DNA of 64,000 nt from Glaucostegus cemiculus (taxonomy: Eukaryota): positions 4,960,001-5,024,000 of the forward strand of contig CDPCPM010000026.1 of the NCBI GenBank assembly GCA_976551045.1. The letters run 5' to 3'. Numbering within the stretch: the first letter of the stretch is position 1; each line of letters begins with the position of its first letter. The notes below the pieces were generated by a model. The model worked only from the letters and a program-made list of their open reading frames with translations. It had not been told where the DNA came from and made no database searches. Below, in pieces: positions 1-14,334 of the stretch. Both the position numbers and the translations under genes were made by a program.

Positions 1-439
1 AGATAATACAGGGCAGAACCCACGTGGTATGATTTTAAAAACTATACATGACTGCACTATGCCATCAGGAACATGTGGATTGTAAAATTATTAAACTCTG
101 ATTATTTGTAGAGAATTATGAAATTTTCCATGAAATAAAACATTTTCTTTCACAAAAACAAAACATTTTTTTTACAATAATGATGCCAGTAAAAAGACAG
201 CTACAAAGGAATGAATCAACTGCCCCCAAATTTGCTGTGAAGCTCATTTAAAATATTAATAGCTTGCTTGGTACCAAAATCCTTGCAGGCAGATTTGCAA
301 GTTCTGTTAAGTTGGATTCCAACTAACTAGGTTGAGCATCAACATAAATAAGTAGAAACTGAAATGGAAGGCAGAAAATTAGCTATTTGGATGACAAAGC
401 AAACAAAGCTTGCAAATCAGATATGAAGGAATCAGGCTC

Positions 440-1010
440 TACTTATGCCCAAATGCAAGGAAGCAGATGAGCTAAAAAAACTGACACACACGTGGAAGAA
501 TGACATTTTAGCTGTTACTGAAATGTGGCTTGAGGGGTGGGCTTGGCAGTTTAATATTGTTGGTAGTAGAGTCTGTAGATGAGATAGTGAGGTGGAATGC
601 TGGTAACATTGATTAAAGAAACAGTTACAGCTATCAGGAGGAATAATGTCTTAAAAAAATAATCAAATGAGATTTTATAGGCTGAGCAAAGGAAAAAGAA
701 AAGGGGGGAAAATTACTCTGTTGGGATTGTATGACAGACTCCAAACAATCAGGGAGAAATAGAAGGGGAAATTTGTGGATTAGATGCCAAACCTGGCCAT
801 AAAGAGATTGAAGGAGGAAACTGCACAGACTTTTAATCTCCCTGGCCACAGCAAAGCTCCAAAGCCTTCATTGGAACTGGGAAAGAGGGAAGACAAGTTA
901 GTTTTAAGTTGCAAAGAAGGTAGGGGAGGTATGGATATGACAAAGAGACTATTTCTTATAAGGAGAGGCCAGGATTTCCTGGACATTGGAATATGTTAAT
1001 GATGGTAGTT
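440..1010 (+). mobile_element. CR1 LINE ORF2 endonuclease relic
   Basis: Decayed AP-endonuclease motifs (AATGCAAG ~ NAR; GCTGTTACTGAAATGTGGCTT ~ AVTETWL; ACAGACTCCAAAC ~ YRPPN) with stops and frameshifts. Confidence 0.7.
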
Positions 1011-1194
1011 AGAGAGAAAGAAAACAGACAAAGCCATGCTGAGTATTTCCATCTTTTTCTGTTCTTTTTTATGCTAGATTAGAAGTGCAATTGAATCGCC
1101 CATTGGATGGTGGAAAGGGACAAGATGTCCCTATGACTAAGATAAAAGAGCAGGTGCTGTATATCCTGCACTGAGGGGAATCAAATGCTTAGCC

Positions 1195-1395
1195 ATACCA
1201 TCATTGAGGATGGGGATGCTCTTGGAGCCTCTATTTGCTGTTAGTTGTTTATTTGTCCATTGCTGTTCATGACTAGATAAGGTAGGATTGCAGGGAATCT
1301 ATCTGATTCGATGGTTGTGACATCACTTAGATATGTCCATTGTATGCTGATTTTGCTGTTTAGCATGAATGTAGTCTTGTATTGCAGCTTGTGTT
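1195..1395 (-). mobile_element. CR1/L2-clade LINE internal fragment
   Basis: Similar to 22330-22560 in the same orientation and to the reverse complement of 15400-15610. Confidence 0.55.
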
Positions 1396-1419
1396 ATGTT
1401 TAATGGCCACCCCATACTT

Positions 1420-2225
1420 TGTAACTACGTCCCCTTGTTTAAGATTTTCCCACTAGTAGAAACATCTCAACATGTACCTTGTTATGCCCTCTTGGGATCT
1501 TACATGTTTCAATAAAATCACCACTCATGTTTTCAAATTCCAAAGAATATAAATCAAACTTCTTTAGCTGACTGTGATACAACAACCCTCTCATCCAAGA
1601 ATTAGTTTAACAAATCTCCTTTGGACTGCCTCCAAACCTAGTATATCCTTTTTAAAATAAGGGGACCAAAACTGTGCATAAACTCTATGTCTGACCTCAT
1701 TCAATTCCCTGTAAATTGTAACAATATTTCCCCATTTCTAAACTCCAACCCTCTTGCAATAAAAGCCAATATGCTCTTGCTCCCCAATCATATCCTGTAC
1801 GTAGCTGCTAAACTTTTGCAATTCATGCACAAGAACACCTAGATTCCTCTGTACTTCATTCATTTGCAATATTTCTCTATGTAGATAATAGTTTACCTTT
1901 AGATTTCTCTAAATGAAGTGCATTACCTCATACTTTCCCACATTAAATGCCATCTGCCAAGTCTTTGCTCACTTCATCAACCCATCCATATCTCATTACA
2001 GAGTTCAAATATCCTCATCACAACGTGCCCTCCCACGTATTATCGCATTCTTGGCAAACTTGGATACCTCACGTGTGCCCCCTGCTCCAAGTCATTAATT
2101 GACAGCCAAGAAATGATTATCAGGACACCCCACTAGATACATCCTCCCAGCCTGAAAATGACCCATTTATTTCAACTCTGTCAGCTATGTAATAACAAAT
2201 CTTCAATCCATACTAACACACTTCC
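1420..2225 (-). mobile_element. CR1 LINE 3' ORF2 relic
   Basis: Reverse-strand CR1 phrases (ggggaccaaaactgtgca, aaagtgcattacctcatactttcccacattaaatgccatctgcca) shared with 34.2-34.6 kb and 51.7-52.0 kb. Confidence 0.75.
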
Positions 2226-2264
2226 CCACAATACCATCTCTTGACAGTATGCAGTAACAAGGAT

Positions 2265-2665
2265 ACTATTAGGACAGGAAATTTTCAGCTATGAAGAAAG
2301 ATGATAGAATTTGGGGTTGTTCTCTTTGTAACATAGAGGTGAATAAAATTAAGGGCCTAGATAGAGTGAATATGAGGACTTATTTCCCTTGGCAGATGGA
2401 TCTAAAAGTCAGGGTACATAGATTTAAATAATTGACAGAAGGATCAGAGGGTAGATGAGGAAATATTATTTCATCCAGATGGCAGCAAGGGTCTGGAGCT
2501 CACTGACTGAAAGGGTGGTAGGAACAAAAACTATGATTACATTTAAGTAGACCTTGGACGTGTACTGGAAAAGTTATGACGTGCAAGGCTATAGAACTGG
2601 TGTTGGAAGTTGGGACTAGGCTGGCTGGGTAGCAATCACTAGCATAGCGGGCTGAGTGGCTGTCT
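2265..2665 (+). mobile_element. CR1 LINE 3' end
   Basis: Forward CR1 ORF2 C-terminus and 3'UTR pattern (tatttcatccagatggcagcaagggtctggagctcactgactgaaagggtggta ... gggctgagtggctgtctc). Confidence 0.7.
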
Positions 2666-5600
2666 CACCACCTCCTGATTCTTTAGCTGCCTTGGAAGTT
2701 TCTTGTTGTGCAGGGAAACTGCCTAACAGGACATTCAGAAATAGTGTTCAAAAGGGGCCGGCAAAACTGCACTGCAAGGAAACCCAAGTCACTGCACAAA
2801 ACAAACTCCTTAAGCAAGCTGTTAACAGGTTTAAGGCTGGGAAAATGGATGTTGTCTTACTGCCTTTAAGATTAAAATTGCACAGTTGTTAGGATTTTAA
2901 ATTTTGAGAACCAAATTATACTTTGAAATGCATGAATTCAAAGAAAAGCTGAACAAAATAATTGAACTTGATATGATTTATCATTTAAGCAAGTGGAATT
3001 CAAATGAATTGTCACTGAAGTTATAATACAGCTTTAAAGAACTGGTGAGCAGATGACTTTATTCTCCTATCAGAAATAAAAATACCAGACAGACTATAAA
3101 TTTGTACTGTGTTGTGATGCCAAAAGGCTTAATGCTCCTTTGCTGGACAGAGGGCAAAAATCAGAGAGAATGATGCTTACATTTCAAATTATTGGGATTA
3201 GAATGATTTCTTACTCAAAATAACCATGAATATGAGGACTACATCATCATGTCAATCACAAGCCGAACTGCAGTTACAAGTACGGATCAAACACACCGTG
3301 CTATGATCAAGAATGCAACGTCTACAGAGTTCACTGTTATTTAATCTGACTAGACCACAGTCAACCAGCTGCTACACATCACAACTCAAGCATATGAATT
3401 CTGAGTTATATTAAAGTACTGACATTTATACTGTCCAGATCAGTAAAACCACCACATGCCCTTTCTGGAGGGATAGTAAACAGAAACTAAAATAAAACTG
3501 CTGTATAATATTACATATGTTGATCATCTAATTTAAGGACATTTTATTTTGGTCATCTGTTCTGTCAGCACTTGCCAGAAATAGCAAAAAATCATCCTAT
3601 AAACAATGCAACAATTATGTTCCCTTATTAAGAAATGAAAAAAACATATTTTTAACACTTAAAAATCACTAGGGTACTTTGGCATAAGATATTGCACAGT
3701 GCCAGTAGTGGAGCCTTTTCTCTACAAACCATCATTCTCTACAACCTATGTAACACTACACTTGCACTGACACCCGCTGCTTTTACATGGGACCATTGCC
3801 AAGCTGTTTGTGTTTCTCTTGTGTTTCCATGGCAAAGGTCAGTGTATGCATAAGTAAAACGGTAGTGAAGGGGCAAACACCAAAGGTCACCACAGGATAA
3901 AAATCAATCCCAAGTTCAAAGTAACTGAGGTTACAATCATTGTGAATGGCTTAAATTGCATACAACTAATTAAATTCAAAGCAATTAACTAAATTCAAAA
4001 CAAAAGCAATCTTAAAAATTCAACTTATTCAGCCAGAAGGCCAAATATTAGGTTGGAATTTTGATAAAAATCCTTAGTTGCTTTTAAATAACAAGCACCG
4101 TACTGTCTCCTCCTTCTTAGGCAGCCCCACAGGAAGAAAGATGATTTACTTTCACTATAGTTTCAAGACCTATATGCGAGTTCCTTTATAGTGAGTTGAC
4201 CTCTGCACAGCAGCTAACAGACACAGTCTTGAAGGATCAAAGTCTTGATCCAAATGGAGAACAGGCTGTGCTGCACAGACTTAGCATGTACATGTACATC
4301 CACAAGCCCATGCATAGACTAAGATGCATGATCTTGCCCACACCCCATACCACCTAACATGATCCCTCCCTCTTTTATTTGCTTGTCGCATAATGTCCCC
4401 TTTCTGTAGCGGCCTTTGTCAGGCCCTGCTCCAATTTCCCACTCCCTAGATGCCCCCATACACCAGCTTCAATCCACTCTTCAGCTGGCTAGTACTTCCT
4501 CTCTCCAACAGCATGGCTACCCAACTGCTGCCACATGCACTCTTTGGGGTCATTCCCCAAATGCCCATCACCTCCCCCATTAAACAGCTGTGCCACCCAT
4601 GCCTGTGGCTTATCCCAAAACCTTGGGTCATTGATCTGGTGCTGCCCAATAAGGGCAGTCTGTAGTCACTTGTGTTCTGCAGGTAGGTTAGTAGATGCGT
4701 GACTTCCTGGCTGATGAACTGTATTCATTCTCAGTAACGGGAATATCATCATCACCAGTGGAAGAGAATCAAAAAAATAAAGATATACAAATTAAATGTG
4801 TGTAGGGCTCAGGTGATGGTCTTCCAATTTGTAGCATAATGCATGTTATATCCTGGAAGTTCCATGGAACACCAACCAACTTGGACTTCTCCATTTCTCA
4901 GTATCACATTGTAGATGCTTTTTTCCCCTATACCCCAGAATTCTTGGAGAAACCCTCACCATACAGCTGGACAATCAGTTTGCTCAGACAATCCTTAGGG
5001 AGGAACAAGAAAACTAATAAATCTTATTACTCCAGTTTTTATGTACCTTCAATGTACGGAAAGGATTTTGAAAAAGAGACTTTGGAGTAGATAATCCTAA
5101 AAGCAGCAGTTAATTATTTCATTTCAAAATTATCTTCATTTTTAACATATCCATAAGTTAGTCAAAATATTATACAGATGTTCTCAAATTTGATGTACCA
5201 GTACATAGATTCTCTGCTCAATCAATAATATTTTTTACATTATCAGTAGCAGAAAGGATGTTACATAACAAAACAAAGTTTTAGTTAATCGGGGAAGACA
5301 CTTTACTAGAAGTGATTTGTATCCCTTGTTTTGGAGAAGGGCAAAATCCAATTTGTAAATTGCATAAAAGCATATTAAAAGGCAAAATGCCCATCATCAC
5401 CCTTCCCCTGACTCCATTTTTATTGATGTTACATACTTTATTACGAAAACAATACAAGCTTCCCCACTTTCAAATTCAATATCCAAAATAAACTCAAGAA
5501 AACAAAGAATGACGTTCATACACTTGATACATTTCACCAAAACTATTTGCAAATGGCTAATTATTAAATATCATGCTAGTGAAGTAGAAATATCTGCTAC

Positions 5601-8600
5601 TGAAGACATTTTCTTCAGTAAAATTGGGATATGGAGGGGGGGGAAGCAAAAAATTGAAAACCATTCTGCCTCTCCCCCTACCCCGCATAGTGGACATTAG
5701 ACAAATTAAAGCAACATGCACGTGCTCCAGTGAATTATGACTGTAAAGGATCTACCAACACAGAAACTTAACACAAAAAGTTATTCCCTCAACACTGTTA
5801 AATCAATCAGTCAGTCTCTGCCTACAATAAGAGACAGCATTATAAACAAAAGGATGGAAGGAATGAAAAGAACTATCTTGGAAGCCCGACACGGCACTCA
5901 ACATACATTTGGAAAAAAGCTGCCAATTGGATGTATTGACTTTCCAACCTTAAGAATGTAAAAGGTTCAAGCATTTTCTTTTTTAAAACTCTCATTTTAA
6001 ATACTCATGACTATAGTCGTTAGGTATGGGAGAAATTTGAGGCAATAGATTAGGAACTACATTCATAACACACTGGCACAACACTGAAACATGTTGACTA
6101 AAGTATGCCCTCTTAAAAGCTGTAATATGCTCTGGTACCAACTTCTTAAATAACTCCAATGTCAGCCCTGCAACATTCACCAATTACGCTCAAATTTAGG
6201 TCACTTGAACACAGTACCAGAAAGTTAACATCACCCATGGAAACATTCCCATTACCCGAGTGTCATGTCTATAGCAGAAAATGATAACAAAAGTGTTAGC
6301 ACTGAAAATCAGTTTTTCTAAGTGCAGACTCTTGTTTTCAGCTTTTAAATATGCTAGAAAAATTTTGAAATGAAGTTAATAAAAGCTAACTTTGAAAACT
6401 TTTCCTGTCATTTTCTGTTTCTTTTTTGCACGTGATATGGCATTAAAATTTAGTTTTCTAACTTATACTTCCTTGTTCATTCACTGCATTCCTCAGTAAC
6501 AGCAACTTTAATCTAATTGAGTAAGGAGTTAAAGATGCTTGTATATTAGTCTTTCATATCGCAACATGTCTTGGACTTCTGCATGTGGGCAGTGAAAAGT
6601 GGATGTCCAAGATATGACAGAAATCAGATGCAGCACATCTGATTTTCCACTCCATCACTGCACTTGCTGCTGAGCTCAGTGGCACAGCAGTGATGTGCTG
6701 AAAAGCTAACTGGATGCATTTACATACAGCTATCAGCTTCATATGTTCGAGGGCGAGCAGATGAACAGCAACCTTAATCATTTGAATGAGGTTGCTGACC
6801 CTTTGGAGAAAGCAGTAAATACTTGATTTAATTAATTTTATGTTATTTGTTTACAATTTCTAGTGTTTTAATTACTTTTTAAGTTTACTTTTAATATTTG
6901 AACAGTTTTTAATTGACCTTTAAATAGCTGGAAAAGCTCATGACCCCAATGAGTTGTCGGAGACTTCCATACCACTCTGTGGGGAGGAGGGAGAAGAATC
7001 TCAGCATCCACTGCCCGAGGTTGTTTGCCACTTAAGCCAGATTCCCATTAGAATCAGAGGGTCAGTGCATTCAGCCCTCTGTACTGTACAAAGTGTGGTT
7101 GGGTGGCAGGAACCACAAGGTTGGGTTAGGTCTTGGGCAAACTGTCCCCATACAAAATCTACAGGTAAGTGCAAGTACAATGAACTGGTGTTTGATTCCC
7201 TTGGTAGTCAAGTCAATAACGAAGGGCTATCTGTTTATGATGTATTGTGGAAGTACAATTCCTGACTACAATTGACAGAAGGTGTCAATAGTCATGGACT
7301 TAGCACTGAAATTACATTTCTTTATAAAGTTTCTGCAAACTGCCCTTAAACATTGAACTCCAAACTTTTACATTTGGTAGAAAAGCACAAAACTAGACCT
7401 AAATTTGCAGAATTACATCCAATTGCACCTTAGTTTTCACACAGGGCCTAGTAATAGTGTTGTTTGCCTCCAATGGGTAAAAACAAACTTAATTCAGAGT
7501 ATTCTGTTTCATTCTCTGAATGCTGGAGATAAAATGAAAGTTACTATTCGATCAACATTTGATCTTTATATTAGGGTACCATAGAAATTGTCCACTCCAA
7601 TTCAAAAAAACTGTCAAAATATTCATGCCAATTAAACAGTGCAAAAATATTCAAAATTTACAAAAGTGTTAATAAAACGCCTATTATATAGATATCACTT
7701 AAAAAGAGCTGTTTAAGTGGTTAGCACTTATTTCAAGTACCTAAAATACATAATTTTACTGACACTTTCATTAAGGACACTTTACAAGTCCTAGATTTAT
7801 TTTACTGCAGTTATATTTGGCATCAGTGTCAGGGGAGGGGGAAATCACTTAGTCTACCAAGGTAAAAATAGCATTCCTACCTGCAAAGTAACTTGGGAAT
7901 AAAATTGAAATAAAAGGCAAATAGTTGTAAACAACCACACGTGGTTGGGTGAAGGGGAATTGTCTTTGGATTTTTCCCCAGAGGCCTCAAAATAACAGCA
8001 ACAAAATGAGACTCATACATTAAAGCTAGAGAGAGGGAGAGGGGGATGCGAAGAAAAAGAGGGAGAACATGCTGAAGGTGTGTACCAGAATTTTGGAAAA
8101 TGCACAACTGTGGAAACATACTGCCATCAGTACAGCAACAAATATTGTACAGTAATTGTTTACATGGCACATTTAAAATACAATATCCTGAAGACAAATT
8201 TCCATAACTCCATACTTTTAGATGACAACTAATGAGCAATTAATTTACTCAGCATCCCAGCAGTCAGATTTAATTGCTGAGCATTTTTAGGACACTTTAG
8301 GAAACTCATTTAAATGAGATGACAACCCCAATTTCAAATCATCTTGACTTCTGGGAATCATGTGATTTAAACAGCTGCCCAGCTTTCTATTTCAGTCACA
8401 TGCTCCCCAGATGACATTAATGTTTACATTACAATTAGGATTTCTCTGCCAATCAGACTCCCACAGAGGCTCATAAGTACCTTACAGTAAATTCCCCCTT
8501 TCTCTCAGTGGAAAGCACCTCCATATGGGTCATTCTGCTCAAAAGAATTGACAAAAACAATGGCACTAGTTGGATAAGAATATGTCAAATTTACATTTTT

Positions 8601-9902
8601 GTAAGCATTATAGCACTCAAGAGACCAGTATTGTTCAGATGCAACTTCACCAACAACACAATTATTATCAATCACGTCTACAGCAGATTCCTACAGAAAA
8701 GTATGCCTGCAAATGGTAATGTTTATTTTCAAACTGGAATTGAATATAAATGAGCTGGATTTCAAACTGCTATGGGTAGCATTCTATCAACCACTCTATG
8801 TTTGTCATCATCATATTAAATCATAAATAAAGTCAGATTTCCTAAAGTGTTTATAAGTAATGTTTTCCAAAAAACAGGTACATGTCAAATACAACACTAA
8901 AATACAAGTCGATTTTTGGGTTTCTATACAACATCCACACATTTGGCATACCGCATTATTAAGTACACCTGAGTTTACAATCCACAAGCAACAAACTGAA
9001 CTTAAATGTCATCTATCTCAGCAGATACAAATAAGTACTACAAGTCCAAAGCTCAATTTTAAATTAATATCAGTCCTTTGAAAATTTTTCCCCTGACATT
9101 TACTAAATAGAACTAATAAGTTCTGTAAAATTTGATGAATTGGTCCCTTGGTCATCTTCTGCAGGAGACTTAAGACAGAAAAGTACCATTTTCAAAATGT
9201 TGTCCTTGATTTTCTTTTGGAGTGAACTATTTCAGTTTCTCTCACTAACTTTCTTAGTCTTCTCCACTTAAAAGCACTAAAACATTTCCCCCCCAATAAT
9301 ATCAGAATACACCCCAGCATTTACAGAGAAAACAGACCATACTGTGATTTTCCATAACACAAACCCTCAACCCTTCATTTTATAACTAAGCTACACTCGA
9401 ATCTTATATAGAACACCTCAACACCAAGAAAATTGGTGGTACTGAAAATGCAGGACCCAAACTCCTGGTAGAGTTCTCTACTTGAAATGAACAGATACAA
9501 ATTAGCAAATCAATTCTATTGATAATGAGAGCAGTCGAGGGCTACCAGAACAGTGTAATACAAAATACTTACCAGCAGCCACATTGCTAGCTGACAATCT
9601 AATTATGATTAACAGCTTTCCGAGTAAATCTATAAAGGTAAAACAGGGATCCACAGCCTCGTGAATATGGCTTCACAGATGGCAGAAGCACATTGCAGAT
9701 GGAACTTGGCCTAGCAAATCATTCTTTCTCCTGTTCCCTTATCTTCAAGTAGAGAGAAAGTAAGGCATTTCTTAAAAATATTTATTAATTGCATGGAAAT
9801 CAAATCGAAAGCTAAAATCCTTAAGACAAAAGAGACCTGATGAAAACCTTTCACAAACCCGAAAGCAAAATTATACATTAATCCAGTTGTTCCTTTGAAG
9901 TA

Positions 9903-10552
9903 TCAGAATCAGGATTATTATCACTGACATATGTTGTGAAATTTGTTGTTCTGCGGCAGCAGTACAGTGCAAGACATAAAACATAAAAATTACTACTATA
10001 AGTTACAAAACTAAATAGTGCAAAAGAGGAATAATGAGGTAGTGCTCATGGGCTCATGGACCATTTAGAAATCTGATTGCAGAGGGGAAGAAACTGTTCC
10101 TGAAACATTGAATGTGGATCTTCAGGCTCCTGTACCTCCTCCCTGATGGTAGTGACAAGAAGAGGGCATGTCCCGGATGATGAGGATCCTTCATGGTGGA
10201 TGCTGCCTTCTTGAGGCACCACCTCTTGAAGATGTCCCTGAAGGCGGGGAGGATTGTGCCTGTGATAGAGCTGACTGAGTCTACAACCCTCTTTAGCATC
10301 TTTTGATCCTGCACACTGGAGCCTCCATACCAGACGCTGATGCAACCAGTCAGAATGTTGCCACCATACATCTGCAGAAATTTGCAAGAGTGTATGATGA
10401 CATACCATATCTCCTCAAACTCCTAATGAAGTGGAGCTGCTGGTGTGCCTTCCTTGTGATTGCATCAATGTGTTGGGCCCAAGATAGATCCTCTGAGATT
10501 TTGACACCCAGGAACCTGAAGCTGCTCATCCTTTCCACCACTGACCCCTCAA
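9903..10552 (-). mobile_element. Rex/Babar-type LINE, 5'-truncated
   Basis: ORFs 10350-10568 and 10054-10371 encode the RT C-terminus (FRFLGVKISEDLSW, DPHHPGHALFLSLPSGRRYRSL, FRNSFFPSAIRFLN). 3' tail ends ...CCTGATTCTGA. Confidence 0.85.
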
Positions 10553-11404
10553 GTATTTTAAATGCCACTGCCTCAGAACATACAAGTCGTTACAGGGCCA
10601 TCTTACATGGGCAAACTCAAGGCAGAATGCATTCTCACACGGTATAATATTAAAAATAAAATAAATGCTTCTCCATCTTTAAATTGAAAACTCCTCACTT
10701 AATTCAGAAGTTCACACATGGCTTATAATGAGCATCGACCCAGCCTGACCCAAATCTTCTGACAATCCTTGCTTCCAAAAACATCTTCAGTACTTAAGTG
10801 CTATCTGCAACATTAATAAGAAAAATGTTCCTTCTATTCTTTCAATAACTTATGCTCAACTTTAAATCCAAACATACAATTAATTCAGAAAATCTGGCAT
10901 CTGGGTCATTTGAATGGCTGAAACAGTAATATTGATTTTGGGGAGGCAATGATGTACGCTCGTTCTGAGGAATTAAAATGTACACCACAGGAAGGTGACG
11001 CTAAGAAAACAATTCTCAGCTCAGAAACCTTAGTTAAGTGTCTGTTTTAGTTCAATCAATATTTTGCAATAATGGGAATTGTTTTGAAATTCTGAATACA
11101 TAACTTGGTTTCAATAAGCTGCCACAATATTACAATGAAAGGCCTGAATCAGTTCTATGATGGATTTCAGAATTAAATTGTTCCATTAAGGACTATGGTC
11201 ATCAGGAATGAAGGCTCCAAATATAGTAACTCGCTTCCAAGACAACACCCATAAGCATAATTTTTCTGGTAATTTTTTTTTAATGGTAAGCTGTTAAAAT
11301 TATAACCATTGTTTTCTTCCATGCCTCAAAGCTCTCTCTTTACTTTTCCGCAATTACATTTACTCAGGTATAGAATGAATGAAAGATTCAGTGCTGGATG
11401 ACTC

Positions 11405-11800
11405 CATGAGTCTAAACGGCCCTTTGGCTCACCATGTCTGTGCCAACCATCAAGGGCCCATCCACACTAATCCATTTACCAACAACTGGTCCATAGCCTG
11501 CCATATCTTGGCAATTCAAGTATTTGTCCGATACTTTTTAAAAAGTTTCAAGAATTTCCCTCCACTAAATTCTCAGGCAATGCGTTCCAAATTACAAACA
11601 CCCTTTAAGTGGAAAAAAAAACTCCGATCCCCTCTAAAATGTCTCACTCCTCACCTTAAAGCTATGGTCTCTGGTTTTAGATACTGCCATTATGTAGAGT
11701 TTCTTACCGTCCACCCTATCTGTATACCTCTATCTGGTTCCTCCTCTATTGCAGAGAAAACAAACCCAGCCTCACCAGTCTTTCCTCTTAACCAAAATGT
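11405..11800 (-). mobile_element. CR1 LINE 3' end relic
   Basis: Starts with the reverse 3'UTR (aaacggccctttggctcaccatgtctgtgcc), followed by a decayed ORF2 end; resembles 33960-34200. Confidence 0.6.
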
Positions 11801-14334
11801 TCCATTCCAGTTTAATCATTTGCAACTCCTATCAGACACGTGAACACTGACCTCACCAAATCTTAACACAGAGTATAGGATCCATCACCAATGTACTACA
11901 GTCTCTTTTTGTCTGGAAATTTACTGTAGCAGTTTGATTGGGAATTTAACCATGAAGTCTTGGGGATATAAACAGAAACAATGTAGTTAAAACATTTAAC
12001 TATTAAAATACCAAGGCCCAATAGAAAGACACTATTTCGCTATTAATTTAGCCACTAAGGGAATCACAGGATACATGGTTTGTACAGGAAAGTACTGCTG
12101 ATCATATTGAATAGTAGAGCAGGCCCTTCTATTTCCCATTTCTAAACAACTAATGAATAAACAATTGTCCAACATATGTTCCATGAACAAATTCCACACA
12201 CCTCTTTTCTATTTCTAATTGGCAGCTAATTTCTTGTAGCCAAGTTTTTTCCTTCTTATACATGTACATTGCAAGGTTCAGTCTTTCTTATTTTTGAAGA
12301 CATTTGGTGACACATGTAATACAGCAGATGAGGATTGCTTCAAACAGTCAGAAAATGTTAGGTTCCTTATTGCAAAACTGCAAATATGACAGCACTGTTG
12401 GCAAAAATCACTTGCTCCTCCAAGAACCTTCTTCATATCAGTTGAAGATACACTTCCAATTTGCATTATGCCTCTGCAGATGCCAACAAAGATGGGAATA
12501 TAGAGAGCAACCCTTCCTTCTTAAATATAAACAACCAAAAACTTGTCTATAGAGAACCTTCTTTTGCCACTTCTGGTTATTTTTCTGATTTAATACATAC
12601 TTTTGTGGTCAAGACCTTGAGAGCCAGTTTCTTCAAAGGGACACCAGGAAAAGAAAAATATCTTAACGTGGAGGCATATGACAGCAACTGATGTTGACTT
12701 TGCACTGGAACCATTCTTCAAATCAGAGTTCAAACAGAAGTGCCAACTGCCTGTTCCAGTGACTTTCAGGCGTTAATGATGCCATAACAGATTTCTGCTT
12801 GTACCCTGAACATTCCTCCATAACCATACAGTATGGAAATTGGAATTAATCATCAAGTAACAATGGAAGTATTTCTAAACATATCCCTTAATGAAACCAT
12901 TACAAAATACAAAAGACCATTTGATATCTAAAGCAATGCAGGTCGTGATTTTTCATAATGTTGCTATCTGAATCTAATCTAATATATACTGATGCTCCAT
13001 CCATAACCCAAAAGAGAACTCATGCCACGTGATTGCTTAAAACCATCAAAATGTATAAAAATAGCTTAAGTATTTCTGGCTGACAATCAATATTTCAGAA
13101 TATTAAGTCATATGGTCCTCTTTTAGTTGGTAACTGAATGGAACTACAGAGATACACAAAAGGTTAGAACTGTAATTGCTTTACCTTGGCACTTTTCAAG
13201 CTTTTTCTGCTTGGGGAACTCTTGAAAATATTAAATTCCTAAAGACCTTCTCTCAAAGACAATATCATCTGACCAGGTTAATGGAGTGATATAATGGCAG
13301 AAAATATTTAAGGAAGAGATTAACAAATATGATAAAAATGATCAAACATTTAAAATAACATCAGAATCTGACATGATTTTAGGGATCTTTCAAACTATAT
13401 TTCCAATTAAAATGTTAAAGACCTCTACTGGATCACTGTCAGCCCTTTTTTTCTGGATAAAAACTCCAGTCTGTTCAGTCCACCCTGATAGTTAACACAC
13501 CCCATACGTATAAATCTGTTTCATATCTTCAGCAGCATTTCAATACTCCTTATTACACGGAGTGTGCAGAACTCCAACCATTTAAACCAAAGTTCGATTA
13601 GAGTTTGAATCTGTTTTTCAACTCTACACTACTTTAATCTAAGCCTGTGGATGACTGCATTGAACGCATAGCTTAGGGATTTATTACCATATTACAATAC
13701 TCTATACTTTATAAGTCTGGCTTGACTTCATGGCTGCTTTCCCTGAAGAACAACAGCAGGCTACTTTGCCCTTCAAGCCTATTCCAAGCCTCAATTTGAT
13801 CAAGATCCATCTGAAACCTTACCCCAATATCCTTTCTTATTTTGGTTAACAAAAATCTATCCCATATTTAACATTAACAATTGCCCTAATATCAACTGGT
13901 GTTTATGGAAAAAAAAGTCTTACAGTTCTATTACTTTTCAATTTATATTCCATTTTTCCAATCAAGTCAGGAGTGTGGAGTTCAGAGGCTCCAAAACAGC
14001 TGACTTTTTGGGACTATTTGAGAGGATTAGTAATCTACAAGTACCAAGTTTGATTTTGGCTTCCCTTTTATAGCAGTATGAAATGCAGAAAAAGTAAATT
14101 GGCTTGGTGTGGTCATCCAGCAGAGGACGTGGCCGCAGGAACTCTTTAGATGAGCTATTCTGTTAATCCTACTCTCCTGCTTGTACCACTGCCGCTGGTA
14201 TATTGCCTGCATATCCATATTAGTTATTATTTACAATTCTGGTCACCAACGGTGCAAGAAGATTGTTACAGAACAAGAGAAGATGCCAAAGAAATTTATG
14301 AAGATGGAGAATACTCGTCATGAGACTGATTATG

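Noticed and set aside
4320-4720. GC-richer blocks here and at 25300-25650 as possible exons
   Set aside because: No coherent reading frame, splice-site pair or known motif; left unclassified.
9837-9864. CTGATGA...GAAA as a hammerhead
   Set aside because: The intervening sequence cannot form stem II and no stem III/UH follows.
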